Below are positions 18,165-28,200 of a DNA stretch of 61,621 nucleotides, one piece after another (the stretch's first letter is position 1; each line of letters opens with the position of its first letter). The stretch is from a virus (lineage: Duplodnaviria; Caudoviricetes), in IMG/VR virus record IMGVR_UViG_3300048930_000318, positions 1 to 61,621 of that record. The stretch is one strand, 5' to 3'. Under the pieces are notes generated by a model. It saw only the letters and a program-made list of their open reading frames with translations, had not been told where the DNA came from and ran no database searches. The position numbers and the translations under genes were made by a program.

Positions 18165-19134
18165 CCTTGTTTTCTCGAAAGAATTTGTCGAGTATATCCT
18201 CGTTGGCGGAGTCGTGGATCTGCTTCTCTTCTGCTACCTGCTCCATCATCTGAGCAAAAAGACCAAGGCGCTCCATCTTTTTGATAAGGTCTTGGGTCTT
18301 TGTGCTTTTCTGGTTCCAAGAGAGCGCGCGATCCAAAACACCCATCTTTTTTAGGTGACTGGAAAGATGTTCGCTTGCCATCATTTTTGAGATCAGGACT
18401 GTTTCATCGAAGGAAAGTTTGAGAGCCTTGAGGGTGTGGTTCTCGAAAGCGGCCCAAGTGTAGGGAACCCAGAGACGGACGATCTCTTTGATGGCTTCGG
18501 CGTAGTCTCGGATCTCCTTCTGGGCGTGTGAGTCGAGGCGTTGTTGAAGGAAGCCAAGAAGGTTACGGAGATCCATCTTCCACACGATCTCGGTGTAGTT
18601 GGAGACGGGGAGTACCATACGGGCCATCTCTCTCGCGGTATCGTAGTGCAGAAGATCGTTGTAGGCGTTATGGGAGGCTTCCAGAGACTCGCTATAGGTA
18701 AGGTCTTGCTTCTCTCTCAGTTCGTCTCCTGCGTAGTGGGAGACCTGTTTATTTGGACTTGTGTTAACCCTCCACTCTTCTGGGTGGTAGTAGAGATCCA
18801 CAGCCTCGGAGTAGCGCAAGGACATCTCATTCAGTTTTGCCGTGCGATGCCGAACCCACTGGCGCATAATGAAGATCGGCAGTCGGATGTTGAACTTGAT
18901 ACTACACATCTCAAAAGGAGATGCGTGACCATTCCGCCAGAGGTAGTCAATCAAAGCCCCCGTGTCTTGGCGTTTGGTCGTACCCTTTCCGTAGGACATA
19001 CGGGCGGCATCCTCGATGTCCCGATCCTCACCCATCCAATCCAATAAACGGATATAGCCTACATCGTGGATCTTGATCTCCACGCCACGTAAGGCTTCAA
19101 GTGTATGTTCTTTGATCTGTTCGACTCGGATCAT
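18148..19134 (-). CDS. thyX: Flavin-dependent thymidylate synthase
   Basis: AARMSY, HASPFE, RHRTAKLNEMSLRY signature, AREMAR, HAQKEIR. Confidence 0.95.
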   Translation of the reverse strand: MIRVEQIKEHTLEALRGVEIKIHDVGYIRLLDWMGEDRDIEDAARMSYGKGTTKRQDTGALIDYLWRNGHASPFEMCSIKFNIRLPIFIMRQWVRHRTAKLNEMSLRYSEAVDLYYHPEEWRVNTSPNKQVSHYAGDELREKQDLTYSESLEASHNAYNDLLHYDTAREMARMVLPVSNYTEIVWKMDLRNLLGFLQQRLDSHAQKEIRDYAEAIKEIVRLWVPYTWAAFENHTLKALKLSFDETVLISKMMASEHLSSHLKKMGVLDRALSWNQKSTKTQDLIKKMERLGLFAQMMEQVAEEKQIHDSANEDILDKFFRENKDEDNG

Positions 19135-20006
19135 TTCTTCAATAACTCCATAGTTCTGATTTCTTCTGGTGTAAGGTGTGAAACTTCACAAGCTGAAACA
19201 ACATCCCAAGAACGGCGATCCCATTGGTGGGCGACACTTTGGATGATACCGTCCTTTTCCTCTTCTGATAGAAGGATGGGAGGTGTCAGGCGCATAAGGA
19301 TGTTGTTGCGTTCAAGGATCTCTACTGTCTCTTCTCGGCTGTTTTTGCCGAGTCCATCTGCGGTATAGACGTAATCAAAGAGATCGGTGAAGGTGTCGTA
19401 GTGGATAGCGATCTTCTCTGCGCTCTTGGGGCCAACACCTGCGATACCTTTGATGTTGTCTGATGGATCTCCTGTGAGGATCTTCATCATAAGAAACTGC
19501 TCAGGCGTACAAGCATAGCGCAGAAGATCGCCTTTGAATGTGGTCACGTCTGTCTTTGTGTTTGTGAGTTGGTAGAGATCCCGATCACCAGAGACAACGA
19601 TCACGTTGCCTTTGATCTTCTCACAGATCGCAGCTACAGCATCATCAGCCTCCATACCATTTTCATAGATAACGATATAGGGTGAGTGATGTAGGATCTC
19701 TCGTGATCGCCTTGCAACCTCTACCACGGTCTCTTTGAGATCAGATTCTTTGCGTTGTGCTTTGTATTCTGGGTAGATGGCTTTGCGTCGGTCTTTACCA
19801 TTTGGGCCATCGAAGACGCAGATAATACGGTTTGCGTAGAAAGGGGGGCGATTGAGGTACTGCAAGATGCTAGTAACAGAAGCCTCAACAGGTGCAGGTG
19901 CGTTACGGTAGGCGTGGGCCTTGATATAGATAAGGCCGCTCATATCAACAATAGCGTATGTTTTGGTATTGTGGGGCTGCGTTTGTGTGTTTGCGGCGGT
20001 TTGCAT
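19131..20006 (-). CDS. 5'-3' exonuclease / flap endonuclease
   Basis: VFDG, YPEYKAQR, MEADD, SGDRDL, GDPSDNIKGIAGVGPK; start set at MQTAAN. Confidence 0.9.
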   Translation of the reverse strand: MQTAANTQTQPHNTKTYAIVDMSGLIYIKAHAYRNAPAPVEASVTSILQYLNRPPFYANRIICVFDGPNGKDRRKAIYPEYKAQRKESDLKETVVEVARRSREILHHSPYIVIYENGMEADDAVAAICEKIKGNVIVVSGDRDLYQLTNTKTDVTTFKGDLLRYACTPEQFLMMKILTGDPSDNIKGIAGVGPKSAEKIAIHYDTFTDLFDYVYTADGLGKNSREETVEILERNNILMRLTPPILLSEEEKDGIIQSVAHQWDRRSWDVVSACEVSHLTPEEIRTMELLKK

Positions 20007-20038
20007 CTTTGTGTACCTTTTGCGTTTGATGTTGTGTG

Positions 20039-20311
20039 CTATTGGGGTTTGAATACTTTGGCGAGGTTTTCCTTGTGGGTGAGCATATACATGATAGATG
20101 TACCGAACAAGTGGGCCAAGGTTTGAAGGCGATTGATGCCGATGTCCTTGAATTCTCCACGTTCGATCTTCATGTATGTTTGCCACTGTAGCCCAATGGA
20201 CTCTGCGGCCCGTTTTGATGGTACTTTTGCGGCTTGTCGAAAGTGTCGGATCACCATACCCCAATGCGGGTTGGTGTCTTTATCTTTTGTCTCTTCTTGG
20301 TTCTCTGTCAT
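20039..20311 (-). CDS. XRE-family HTH regulator
   Basis: IRHFRQ...AAESIGLQWQTYMKIERG...LAHLFG. Confidence 0.8.
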   Translation of the reverse strand: MTENQEETKDKDTNPHWGMVIRHFRQAAKVPSKRAAESIGLQWQTYMKIERGEFKDIGINRLQTLAHLFGTSIMYMLTHKENLAKVFKPQ

Positions 20312-20392
20312 GTTTTTACCTATGGGGGTTAAAAGTTGGGGAGGGTGGGGCATCCTTGCCCCGTCTTTGCTTCCTTGCTTGGATGTAGGAGA

Positions 20393-21139
20393 TCAGAAAG
20401 GTATATCCGTATCTGTGTCGGGTGTGGTATCCTCGAAGCCATCATGACTACCGCCAGAACCGCCGCCCGTATAAGAGCCGTTGCCTTCTTTTGGCTTCTT
20501 AGCGAAGGGGTCTTCGTTGTTGACGATAGCAGTACGGATAGCAGCATTATCGGAGGAACGAAGTTCGGGATGTTCGTTAAGGTCTCCGATCTGGTTCAAG
20601 AAGTCCATAGTGAAGAGGCTGGAAAGATCGCGTTCTTCACCAAAAGAGATCCCGTAGCGAATACCTTTGGGGGTGTCGCGTTTTGTGATGCAGAGGGGAC
20701 GCATAGCCGAGGGTTGGGACGGGTCAAACTGATCATTCATCATGTCTTCAATGATGGAATTGTATGCTCCGCTTGGGACTTGAAGGATCTTGAGATCGTC
20801 TTCGATGGAGAGTTCTGTACGACCCTTGATCGCATCACGAGACACGACCCAAAAGTAACCCACTGTCTTGCTACGCCACTTGTCTTCTGTGACCTTATCG
20901 TTTTTGCGCTGGGCTTCGGCCACAGCTTGACAGCCGTAGCAAGGCTTACCTTCCGTCTTCTTGGGGCAGATGTATTTTCCGTGACGGGCGCGGTCTGCGG
21001 AGATACCGAGGTTAGGATTACGAACGAGATAGAACCAGTTGGAGCCTTTGACCAGTCGTGCGAATAGACCTGCGCGGTCTTGTTCGAGTTTTGCTTTGGT
21101 TTGTTTGAGATCACCGAAGATACTTTTCATCTCAGTCAT
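20393..21139 (-). CDS. Single-stranded DNA-binding protein (gp32-like)
   Basis: Zn-ligand-like H..CP...CYGC core and acidic tail ending DTDIPF; recombination gene context. Confidence 0.7.
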   Translation of the reverse strand: MTEMKSIFGDLKQTKAKLEQDRAGLFARLVKGSNWFYLVRNPNLGISADRARHGKYICPKKTEGKPCYGCQAVAEAQRKNDKVTEDKWRSKTVGYFWVVSRDAIKGRTELSIEDDLKILQVPSGAYNSIIEDMMNDQFDPSQPSAMRPLCITKRDTPKGIRYGISFGEERDLSSLFTMDFLNQIGDLNEHPELRSSDNAAIRTAIVNNEDPFAKKPKEGNGSYTGGGSGGSHDGFEDTTPDTDTDIPF

Positions 21140-21623
21140 TGTCTTCTTCGCTTTCTTTTGTTACAAATGCGTTCACGTCTTCCGTTGTGAACTTTGGCTT
21201 GCGTGGTCTTTGGTGAGGTATCGCTGGTGTCTTTGTTAGGTAGTTGCCTAACTCGTTTCGCCGCATAGGGCCGAGTTGTTGTAGCATTTCCTTCTTAACG
21301 ACTAGCGCCTCTTTTGCCACAGATAAGATGTCCTTGTCGCGTTTTGCTTCGTTGAGTTGTTTTAAGACCTCTTCGTGTCTTTCCTGTAGGCGGATATAGG
21401 CTTTGGCTTCCGCCTCTTTGCATGATGCTCCAATCTCCTTCTTGGCTTCAAAGTACAACTGGCTGTACTCTAATTCATATACGGCTTCTGCGTGTCGTAA
21501 CGTGTCACACGCCCTAGCATATTGGTAGGCTAGTCGTGCGTAGGATGCGGCCATCTGCTCGAACTCTGATTCAAGATCCGAGGTGACGATCAGCATCTCT
21601 TGGATGTCTGCTTCTGTGATCAT
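21132..21623 (-). CDS. UvsY-like recombination mediator
   Basis: Helical 163-aa protein next to SSB; EAEAKAYI...EALVVKKEMLQQL pattern. Confidence 0.5.
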   Translation of the reverse strand: MITEADIQEMLIVTSDLESEFEQMAASYARLAYQYARACDTLRHAEAVYELEYSQLYFEAKKEIGASCKEAEAKAYIRLQERHEEVLKQLNEAKRDKDILSVAKEALVVKKEMLQQLGPMRRNELGNYLTKTPAIPHQRPRKPKFTTEDVNAFVTKESEEDND

Positions 21624-22216
21624 TAAAAGTGTCCATCGTCGTTTAGGCGAGACGTGCGGTTTGGGTCTCGACCGCCGCTAAGGTGTGTCTCTGTTGAGCG
21701 TTCGTATGGTGTATCAACCAACCGCACATCATCAGGCCCGTAGTTACGGGCGAAAACCATACAGTTACCGTTACGCAATCTTCGCGCAAAAAACAGCCCA
21801 ACGTGACCTAGACACCCGTTCTTACCGAACCACTCCCCGCCCCAGAACAGTTTGGGGAGTTCCTTGATCTCTTCTTCGGTAAGAGGGCGATCTTTCATCG
21901 AAGCGATCTTCTCGTTACGGGCATCTTCCTCTTCTTTTGCCTTGCGTCCAGCTTCTGTTTCTTCCTCTTGCACCTTCGCAATAGCCACAGAAGAGATAGC
22001 CTTCACCTTTTCACCGTCTCGCCACACCTTACAACCATGTTTTGCTGCAAAGTAGTGTGCCTCAGATGTAGTCTCCACGACTGTCTGTTCTTGCGCTACA
22101 CCAGACTCGTAGCGAATAGATACCCAATACCCACCATAGTAACGCTCGACGATTGTGGCGTATGGGTAGCTAAATTCAAGTTCTGGCTTTTGGTTCTTCT
22201 TGTTTTTCTTGCTCAT
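21623..22216 (-). CDS. Hypothetical protein
   Basis: Start MSKKN after the leader AAACCAGAAAGGGTAAAACC. Confidence 0.6.
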   Translation of the reverse strand: MSKKNKKNQKPELEFSYPYATIVERYYGGYWVSIRYESGVAQEQTVVETTSEAHYFAAKHGCKVWRDGEKVKAISSVAIAKVQEEETEAGRKAKEEEDARNEKIASMKDRPLTEEEIKELPKLFWGGEWFGKNGCLGHVGLFFARRLRNGNCMVFARNYGPDDVRLVDTPYERSTETHLSGGRDPNRTSRLNDDGHF

Positions 22217-22220
22217 GGTT

Positions 22221-22871
22221 TTACCCTTTCTGGTTTGTTGCTTCACGGTAGGCGATCATACCAAGGATAATACTCCTATACAATTCGATTTCTGTATCAG
22301 ATAGTCCCTCTTCTTTTGCGATTTTTTCTCCATGCTCTTTCCACACCTCAAAGGTGTGAACTTGACACCCCACAGAGATATGAGAGTCAGAGCAGGTGAT
22401 GATATAGCGGTACAAATTAGCATACATAACAGACTCGGTACACAACATATCACCAAAGACACAAGCATTATCATAGACACGAGCCTTACCAGAGACACGG
22501 GCATTATCACATACACTGGCATCACCATAAACACAGGCATTATCATAGACACTGGCATTATCACATACACGAGCCTTACCAAAGACACAGGCATAACCAA
22601 AGACACGAGCATTACCAAAAACAAGCCCATCATCATAGACATAGGCATTATCATAGACACAGGCATCACCAAAGACACGAGCAGCACCAAAGACACGGGC
22701 ATCACCATAGACACAGGCATTATCAAAGATAAAGCAATTGCCATCATGTGAGAGGTTATATTCTTTCTCGATCCAACCTCCCACAAGACCGTCTGAGATT
22801 CGGCGGACTCTCTTTAGAGTCCTATCGAAGATTTGCTTCTCTTCACCTGTAAATTCATATTTTCGTGTCAC
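22221..22871 (-). CDS. Hexapeptide-repeat (left-handed beta-helix) protein, paralog 1
   Basis: GGWIEKE.NLS then tandem A[RC]V[FY][GD][DN] repeats; paralog of 42072-42719; GTG start. Confidence 0.85.
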   Translation of the reverse strand: MTRKYEFTGEEKQIFDRTLKRVRRISDGLVGGWIEKEYNLSHDGNCFIFDNACVYGDARVFGAARVFGDACVYDNAYVYDDGLVFGNARVFGYACVFGKARVCDNASVYDNACVYGDASVCDNARVSGKARVYDNACVFGDMLCTESVMYANLYRYIITCSDSHISVGCQVHTFEVWKEHGEKIAKEEGLSDTEIELYRSIILGMIAYREATNQKG

Positions 22872-22893
22872 GGTTTTACCCTTTCTGGTTTGC

Positions 22894-22953
22894 GTGATCT
22901 TCTTGATCACCGAGGATGTTTTATGTTCTACACCAAGAAAGAGATCCTGTCAA
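22894..22953 (-). promoter_or_regulatory. Sigma70-like promoter with GTGATC-N5-GATCAC dyad
   Basis: TTGACA-17-TAGAAC; nearly identical to 41990-42048. Confidence 0.7.
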
Positions 22954-22962
22954 CAACTATCT

Positions 22963-23220
22963 TCAATCATCATCTTCTTCTTGATGGATGCACATAGCAA
23001 CAGAAGACCAGAAGCCTTTACCGCGATCTTGATAGTGGGAGATACATGCCGAGGATCGGTTGTAGTCCAAATAGAAACCAAACACGAGAAGGACTACAAT
23101 TGCGATGGATAGGATCACCGCAGTCATATACAGGATAACGGCATCCAACCAGACTCGAAATCGGCTCTTACGCATTTTTCTCACCCTATTCTGCTTTGTA
23201 TGTCTTGTCACCGTCACCAA
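22963..23220 (-). CDS. Small membrane protein
   Basis: One long hydrophobic segment; start uncertain. Confidence 0.5.
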   Translation of the reverse strand: MVTVTRHTKQNRVRKMRKSRFRVWLDAVILYMTAVILSIAIVVLLVFGFYLDYNRSSACISHYQDRGKGFWSSVAMCIHQEEDDD

Positions 23221-24433
23221 AGCGCAGAGGCATAATAAGGGCTTTGATGTTTAGACAAGAACACAGCATAGGGCCAAAGGGATAGGCGGGTAGGTCGATA
23301 GTCACAACGTCTGTACGAGAGAGGCCCTTCAAGAAGGTTTGAAGTAAGCGTGGATCAAAAGCAAAAACAAGGTCTCCTCCTTTGCGGTATTCTTGCTCAA
23401 GAAGCGTAACAGGAACATCCACCTTGAATGAACGAGCCTTGTCCACATAGTTCACAAGAAATCGGGGGGGCTTTCCAACGGAGAGATCCAACCACACACC
23501 GTGATTTCTTGGGACTTGGCTACAGACGTGTGTGAGCGGTTCGAGAAGGGCAGACACAAGACCTTTGATACGAACGTGCGTATTGCCTCCCCTCGGCCAG
23601 ACGTGGTGTGTATCAAAGCCAGATCGTCGTTCTGTATCAAAGTGTGCAGAGATGGGGGCATTAGAGACTTGTACGGACAGACGTACAAGATCCTGCCCGT
23701 TGTCATTGGCAAGTCTGATATGGAAAATTGTTTCATCTTTCTTACTGAGAGTGCAGATTGCTTTGACGATCCTGTCAGAGATCGTTGGTCGGTAGCGCAA
23801 AACGTCCATCACCAGACCGATCTCTTTACCGTCAAGATAAGCGTCCGTGTCAGAGGATACTGCCGTTAAGGTCTTTGCATCCGTTGAGAGCGCAGCTACA
23901 CGGCAATTCAAAACATCCAAGATAACCCGATCCATGTTAGGCTTCATACCTAAAGTCGCAGGGAGGCTATCAAGAGCCTTGGACAGAGTACCTTCTTGGA
24001 ATCGGACAAGAATAGCTTCACCCTCTGGCTTCACGTTTGGGAAGAGATCGTAATCGTGTGTCAACCACTCTTCACAATGGACAGCGCCAGAGATTGCAAG
24101 ACGAAGTACAGAGTAGTCAAGCGTAAGAGAACCATCTGTGTGCGAGAAGGAGATCTCTTCTGTTGGTGTGAAGCCTGTGGAGAGTGTGCGGATCAGATCT
24201 TGGGTATAGATACCAAGGTCTTTTTGTAGTGGTGTTTGGATTGTAGCGTGGCAGGTTATGGTGATCTGTTCTTTGTCAGGCGTGTTGGCGTAGAACTCTA
24301 CGGTATCCTTGAGGGTTCGTATCCGCACCAGAAGGAAACGTACAGAGGTGGACTTCTTGACACAGAAGTCTTTGAGGGTAGCGAGTACCGTTTTGAGGTG
24401 ACTGTACTTGATGGAGAAGTTTGGGTAGAGCAT
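23186..24433 (-). CDS. Divergent DNA sliding clamp (DnaN beta-like)
   Basis: About 415 aa; YDLFPNV linker, STDAKTL, FAFDPRLLQTFLK, C-terminal LIMPLR. Confidence 0.65.
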   Translation of the reverse strand: MLYPNFSIKYSHLKTVLATLKDFCVKKSTSVRFLLVRIRTLKDTVEFYANTPDKEQITITCHATIQTPLQKDLGIYTQDLIRTLSTGFTPTEEISFSHTDGSLTLDYSVLRLAISGAVHCEEWLTHDYDLFPNVKPEGEAILVRFQEGTLSKALDSLPATLGMKPNMDRVILDVLNCRVAALSTDAKTLTAVSSDTDAYLDGKEIGLVMDVLRYRPTISDRIVKAICTLSKKDETIFHIRLANDNGQDLVRLSVQVSNAPISAHFDTERRSGFDTHHVWPRGGNTHVRIKGLVSALLEPLTHVCSQVPRNHGVWLDLSVGKPPRFLVNYVDKARSFKVDVPVTLLEQEYRKGGDLVFAFDPRLLQTFLKGLSRTDVVTIDLPAYPFGPMLCSCLNIKALIMPLRFGDGDKTYKAE

Positions 24434-24509
24434 TTTGTGTCCTTTGTCTATTGTGGGGTGAACAACGTGTATAGAATAGGTAGAGTGTTTGCTTTTGGGT
24501 TGTCAACAA

Positions 24510-25113
24510 GATCGTGTGTAGTTTTTATACTACACTTGAACATATTAGCAGTAGATCCAGATCGTCTTACTCTACCAAGGTCTTGCTGGATCTAGTGTAG
24601 TGTATAGTTTTTGCCACAACTGTTTCACCCCACTCTACCAAGGTCTTGCGATGCTCCACCCTCCCTATAATGATCCTATAGAAAGGGGTGGATCGTGTAA
24701 GATCCAAAACTTGTAGGAATAAGTATGATCGTTGTGTGTAGTTTAGCTGTTTCTACTTACAGCGCCAAGGTCATGCGGTGTGTAAGATAAGCAAAATGTA
24801 TTCAGCACTCTTGTATAACAACACGCCAGATCCAGATCCCCCTACTCTACCAAGGTCTTGCTGGAAATCTTATACAGGCATGAAAAGTACAACCTGTTTC
24901 ACCTTAGAGCGCCAAGGTCATGCGCCTTGTAGTCCATTTTCTTACAGGATCTTGTTTGTACCGTGATCCACCCTCTCTATAGGATCATTAAGGGGAGGGT
25001 GGAGCACCTCAAGACCTTGGTAGAGTAAGGTGATATGGATCTACTGCTAATCTATTCAGTCGTGGATCAGGGTTTTTGTCTCAAAGTGAGACGTACGTAT
25101 CATATTGAGACAA
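24510..25113. repeat. Putative replication origin: iteron array with two oppositely oriented hairpins
   Basis: 21-bp iterons with core CCAAGGTC(A/T)TGC at 24566, 24629, 24756, 24841, 24903 (+) and a variant at 25009-25029 (-); hairpins at 24656-24692 and 24967-25003; lies between the clamp and initiator genes. Confidence 0.8.
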
Positions 25114-25129
25114 CAAGATCACTAGATAC

Positions 25130-25165
25130 AAAAAAGGGTAGGCCCAACTTTCGCCAGACCTACCC
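25130..25165 (-). terminator. Minus-strand terminator upstream of the initiator gene
   Basis: GGGTAGGTCTGGC-GAAA-GTTGGGCCTACCC followed by T6; no minus-strand gene ends here. Confidence 0.8.
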
Positions 25166-25193
25166 TTCCACATAAAAAAACCAAACATACTTC

Positions 25194-25222
25194 TTGACTG
25201 TGCTGTCTGAATCATCTACTAT
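25194..25222 (+). promoter_or_regulatory. Sigma70-like promoter for the initiator gene
   Basis: TTGACT-17-TACTAT. Confidence 0.65.
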
Positions 25223-25237
25223 CTAGGAGAACAAAAG

Positions 25238-28200
25238 GTGTGCAAGAGACATACCGACGAAGAAATCCACCACCAACCAAAAAAAAAGCCCCAAAGTGTT
25301 GCGACACGGGGCTTTTTTGAGAGCTTACCGATGAAAAAAATAAGAGCCTACCGCCTACGTTGTCAAGAGATCGTTGCAAAAAAGTTTGTGCTATCCCCTC
25401 AAGGATACCCGCAAAAGACCGATAAAGCCCACCCCGCTACCTTTAACTTCTCTCCCCTGTTCTGGAATTCCATTGAAGGTCTCTTCGGTATCCTCTCCAC
25501 GTTACGCTGCGATCCACACTCCCTGATCATCCGTGGAAACCTCAAAGAAGGCTTCTCCCCAAACAATCAGTACCGACGCAAGATCGACAAGCCAGACAAG
25601 GCGGGTTATGTTGCTACCGTTGAAGAGGTAGATCGTGATTGGGTCTGCATTGACATCGACAACTACCGCTGCAAAACACAAGTCGATCCACACAACAAGG
25701 AAAGCCTCTTAGAAGCCGCTAGAGAGACCCTGTTTGCACACCTACCACAAGACCTTCACAACACTTCTTTTGTTGTCCAATGGTCTAATAGCGCCTTCCT
25801 AGACAGCCAGACCTACACTTTCGACCCACACAAAGCAAAAGCACACTTCTGGATCATGCTTGATCGTGAAGTCTGTGGTGAGTCTCTTCGCCCTTGGTTG
25901 AAGGCTATCGGGGCAGACTCCGCCCTCGCCGATACCATCCAACAGCACTACACCTCAGACCCCGTTTGTGAAGGCTTTACCCACCCACTACCATCAGAAC
26001 ACCGCGTCTTTCTTGTCAAAGGTGAACGTGACACACTCGACACCTCGAAGATCACCACACACGAGATCTTCACAACCGAACAGTACAAACAACGCCTCGA
26101 ACAAGAAGCCCAACGCAAGATACAAGAAGCAAAAGCACGTGAAGAGAGACACGTAAAGCAAGAGCAAGAGCAACGTATCACATACGGCGTAGAAGGCTCC
26201 TATACCTCACGCAAAGCCCTAGCAGAAAGCATCTTGAATACCGCAATCAAGAAGATCATGTCTGCGCGAGACGGCAACAGAGGCAAAACGATCTTTGGGC
26301 AGTCCAAGTGGATCGCTTCCATCGCCTCAGAACATCGCAATGGACTCCCGATCTCCTATGCCCAGACCATGCTAGAGAGCGCAGCCGTCAACCTCGCAGG
26401 TCAATCTGCCGCAGATCTACGCGACTACCGCGTATCCTACAAAAACGGCTGGTCGGAAGGTGAATCGTCACCCCAACTTCTCGATCTCAAAGTGGAAAAC
26501 AAACCACAGAAGATCACCAAAGCCCAAAAGTCCAAAGAGCAAAAGGAGAAAGCAGCACAAGAGAAGATCGCCAACTCTATCTTCTACCACTACGCAAACC
26601 TCTCCGCAGCCCAAGAACCTTGCGGATTCAGCCCCACACCGCACTACATGGCCCCTCTCCATGTTGCCGCAGGGATCACCGCAGTGCGCGCATCTCTTGG
26701 GACTGGAAAAACAGAGGTGGCCAAAGCCCTCTGCAAAAAGTACAACTCCGTCCTTTGGTTGGCCCACCGCGTAGCCCTCACACGCAATACCCAAGAACGC
26801 CTCAATGAAGGTGAAACCCAAGCCTTCTCGCTCTACCTCGACAAAGAAGGCAAACTCGTAGAGTCCAAGTTGATCGTATGTGTGGACTCGATCTCTCGCG
26901 TAGCTTCACAGCATGATCTTGTTGTGATTGACGAAGCAGATCAGGTGCTTCGCTCTGTGATCAAACGATCCAAGAACCGCCAAGCCAGTGATGCGATCTT
27001 CCATAAAATGATGGGTCTCACTATCGCAGGTGGTGGGGCAAAGCAGATCCTTCTACTCTCCGCCGATCTCTGTGATACCACACTCAAAGCCTACGAAATT
27101 CTGTTTGGTAAAGAAGTTACAAACCGTATCGATCACAACTGGCATCACCCTGACGAGACGTGGAATTTCCACGAGACAATTGACCTTTGGAGGCTCCAAC
27201 TCTCCGAGGATCTTGAGAACAACAAGAAGATCTTTGGCTTCTTTGCCTCGCAAGCCACACTGATCCAGTACGAAGCGTGGATCAAGCAACATTTCCCTAG
27301 CAAAAAGGTCGTAGCCATCCACCGAGAAGCCGAAGATGAAGACCGTGACACCCTCGAAAGCGTCAACAAACTCTGGAAAGATGCAGACGTGGTGTTCGTC
27401 ACAACATCGGCAGGTAGCGGCGTATCCTACGACGTAAAGGACGATTTCGATGCTGTCTATGTTAATGGCTATCATGCCCCTCTTGACTTCCCTGCAAGCG
27501 AGTATCTACAAGGCGCTTGCCGCGTTCGTCACCCTCGAAGCCGAACCATTCAAGCCTATATCATTGAGTCTGAAAGACCTCTCAAGTCTCTCGAAGCGAT
27601 GCACGGTGAGTTTGAACGCCGTGAAGGTGAAACGCTACGCATCCTCCGATCCATCGGTCAAGTTGAAGAGATCCGAGGTGCAGTCACAACAACCTCACAG
27701 ATCTTTGAGAACGCTTGGCTACTCTCGATGCTACAAGGGGAGGAAAGATCGCACTTTGCCGCAAAGTGGATCTGTGAAACACTCCTAGATCGCCAGATCA
27801 AGATCACCTACACAACAGGTACTGGCGACCCAAAAAAGAGCAAAAAGATCCAAGGTGAGATGCAGGTTGCGAAAGAGGCTGTATTCATCAAAGAGATCGG
27901 ACGCATCCTTGAGGCAAAGGATCTTACACCCGCAGAAGCCGAACCTCTCCGTGGTCAAGAACTCAAGAAGGCCCAACAACTTGAGATCAAAAAGCACGAA
28001 GCAGCGATGTTCTACAGTCAACACGAAGACAAACACACTGCACCAGAAGCACCTACCGAAGAGATCCTTGTGTGGGATAACAAAGGTAAGGGCCGCAAGA
28101 CAATCCGATCCCTTGTGACTTCCGCAGCTTTTCATTCTGCCCGTGACTACAATATCTTCCAAGATCAACACGATCTTGTCTTCGATACATCGGACAAAGA

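Noticed and set aside
24566-24923. CRISPR array
   Set aside because: Repeats are 21 bp and degenerate, gaps are irregular (41-106 bp) and self-similar, copies occur in both orientations, and there are no cas genes; iterons fit better
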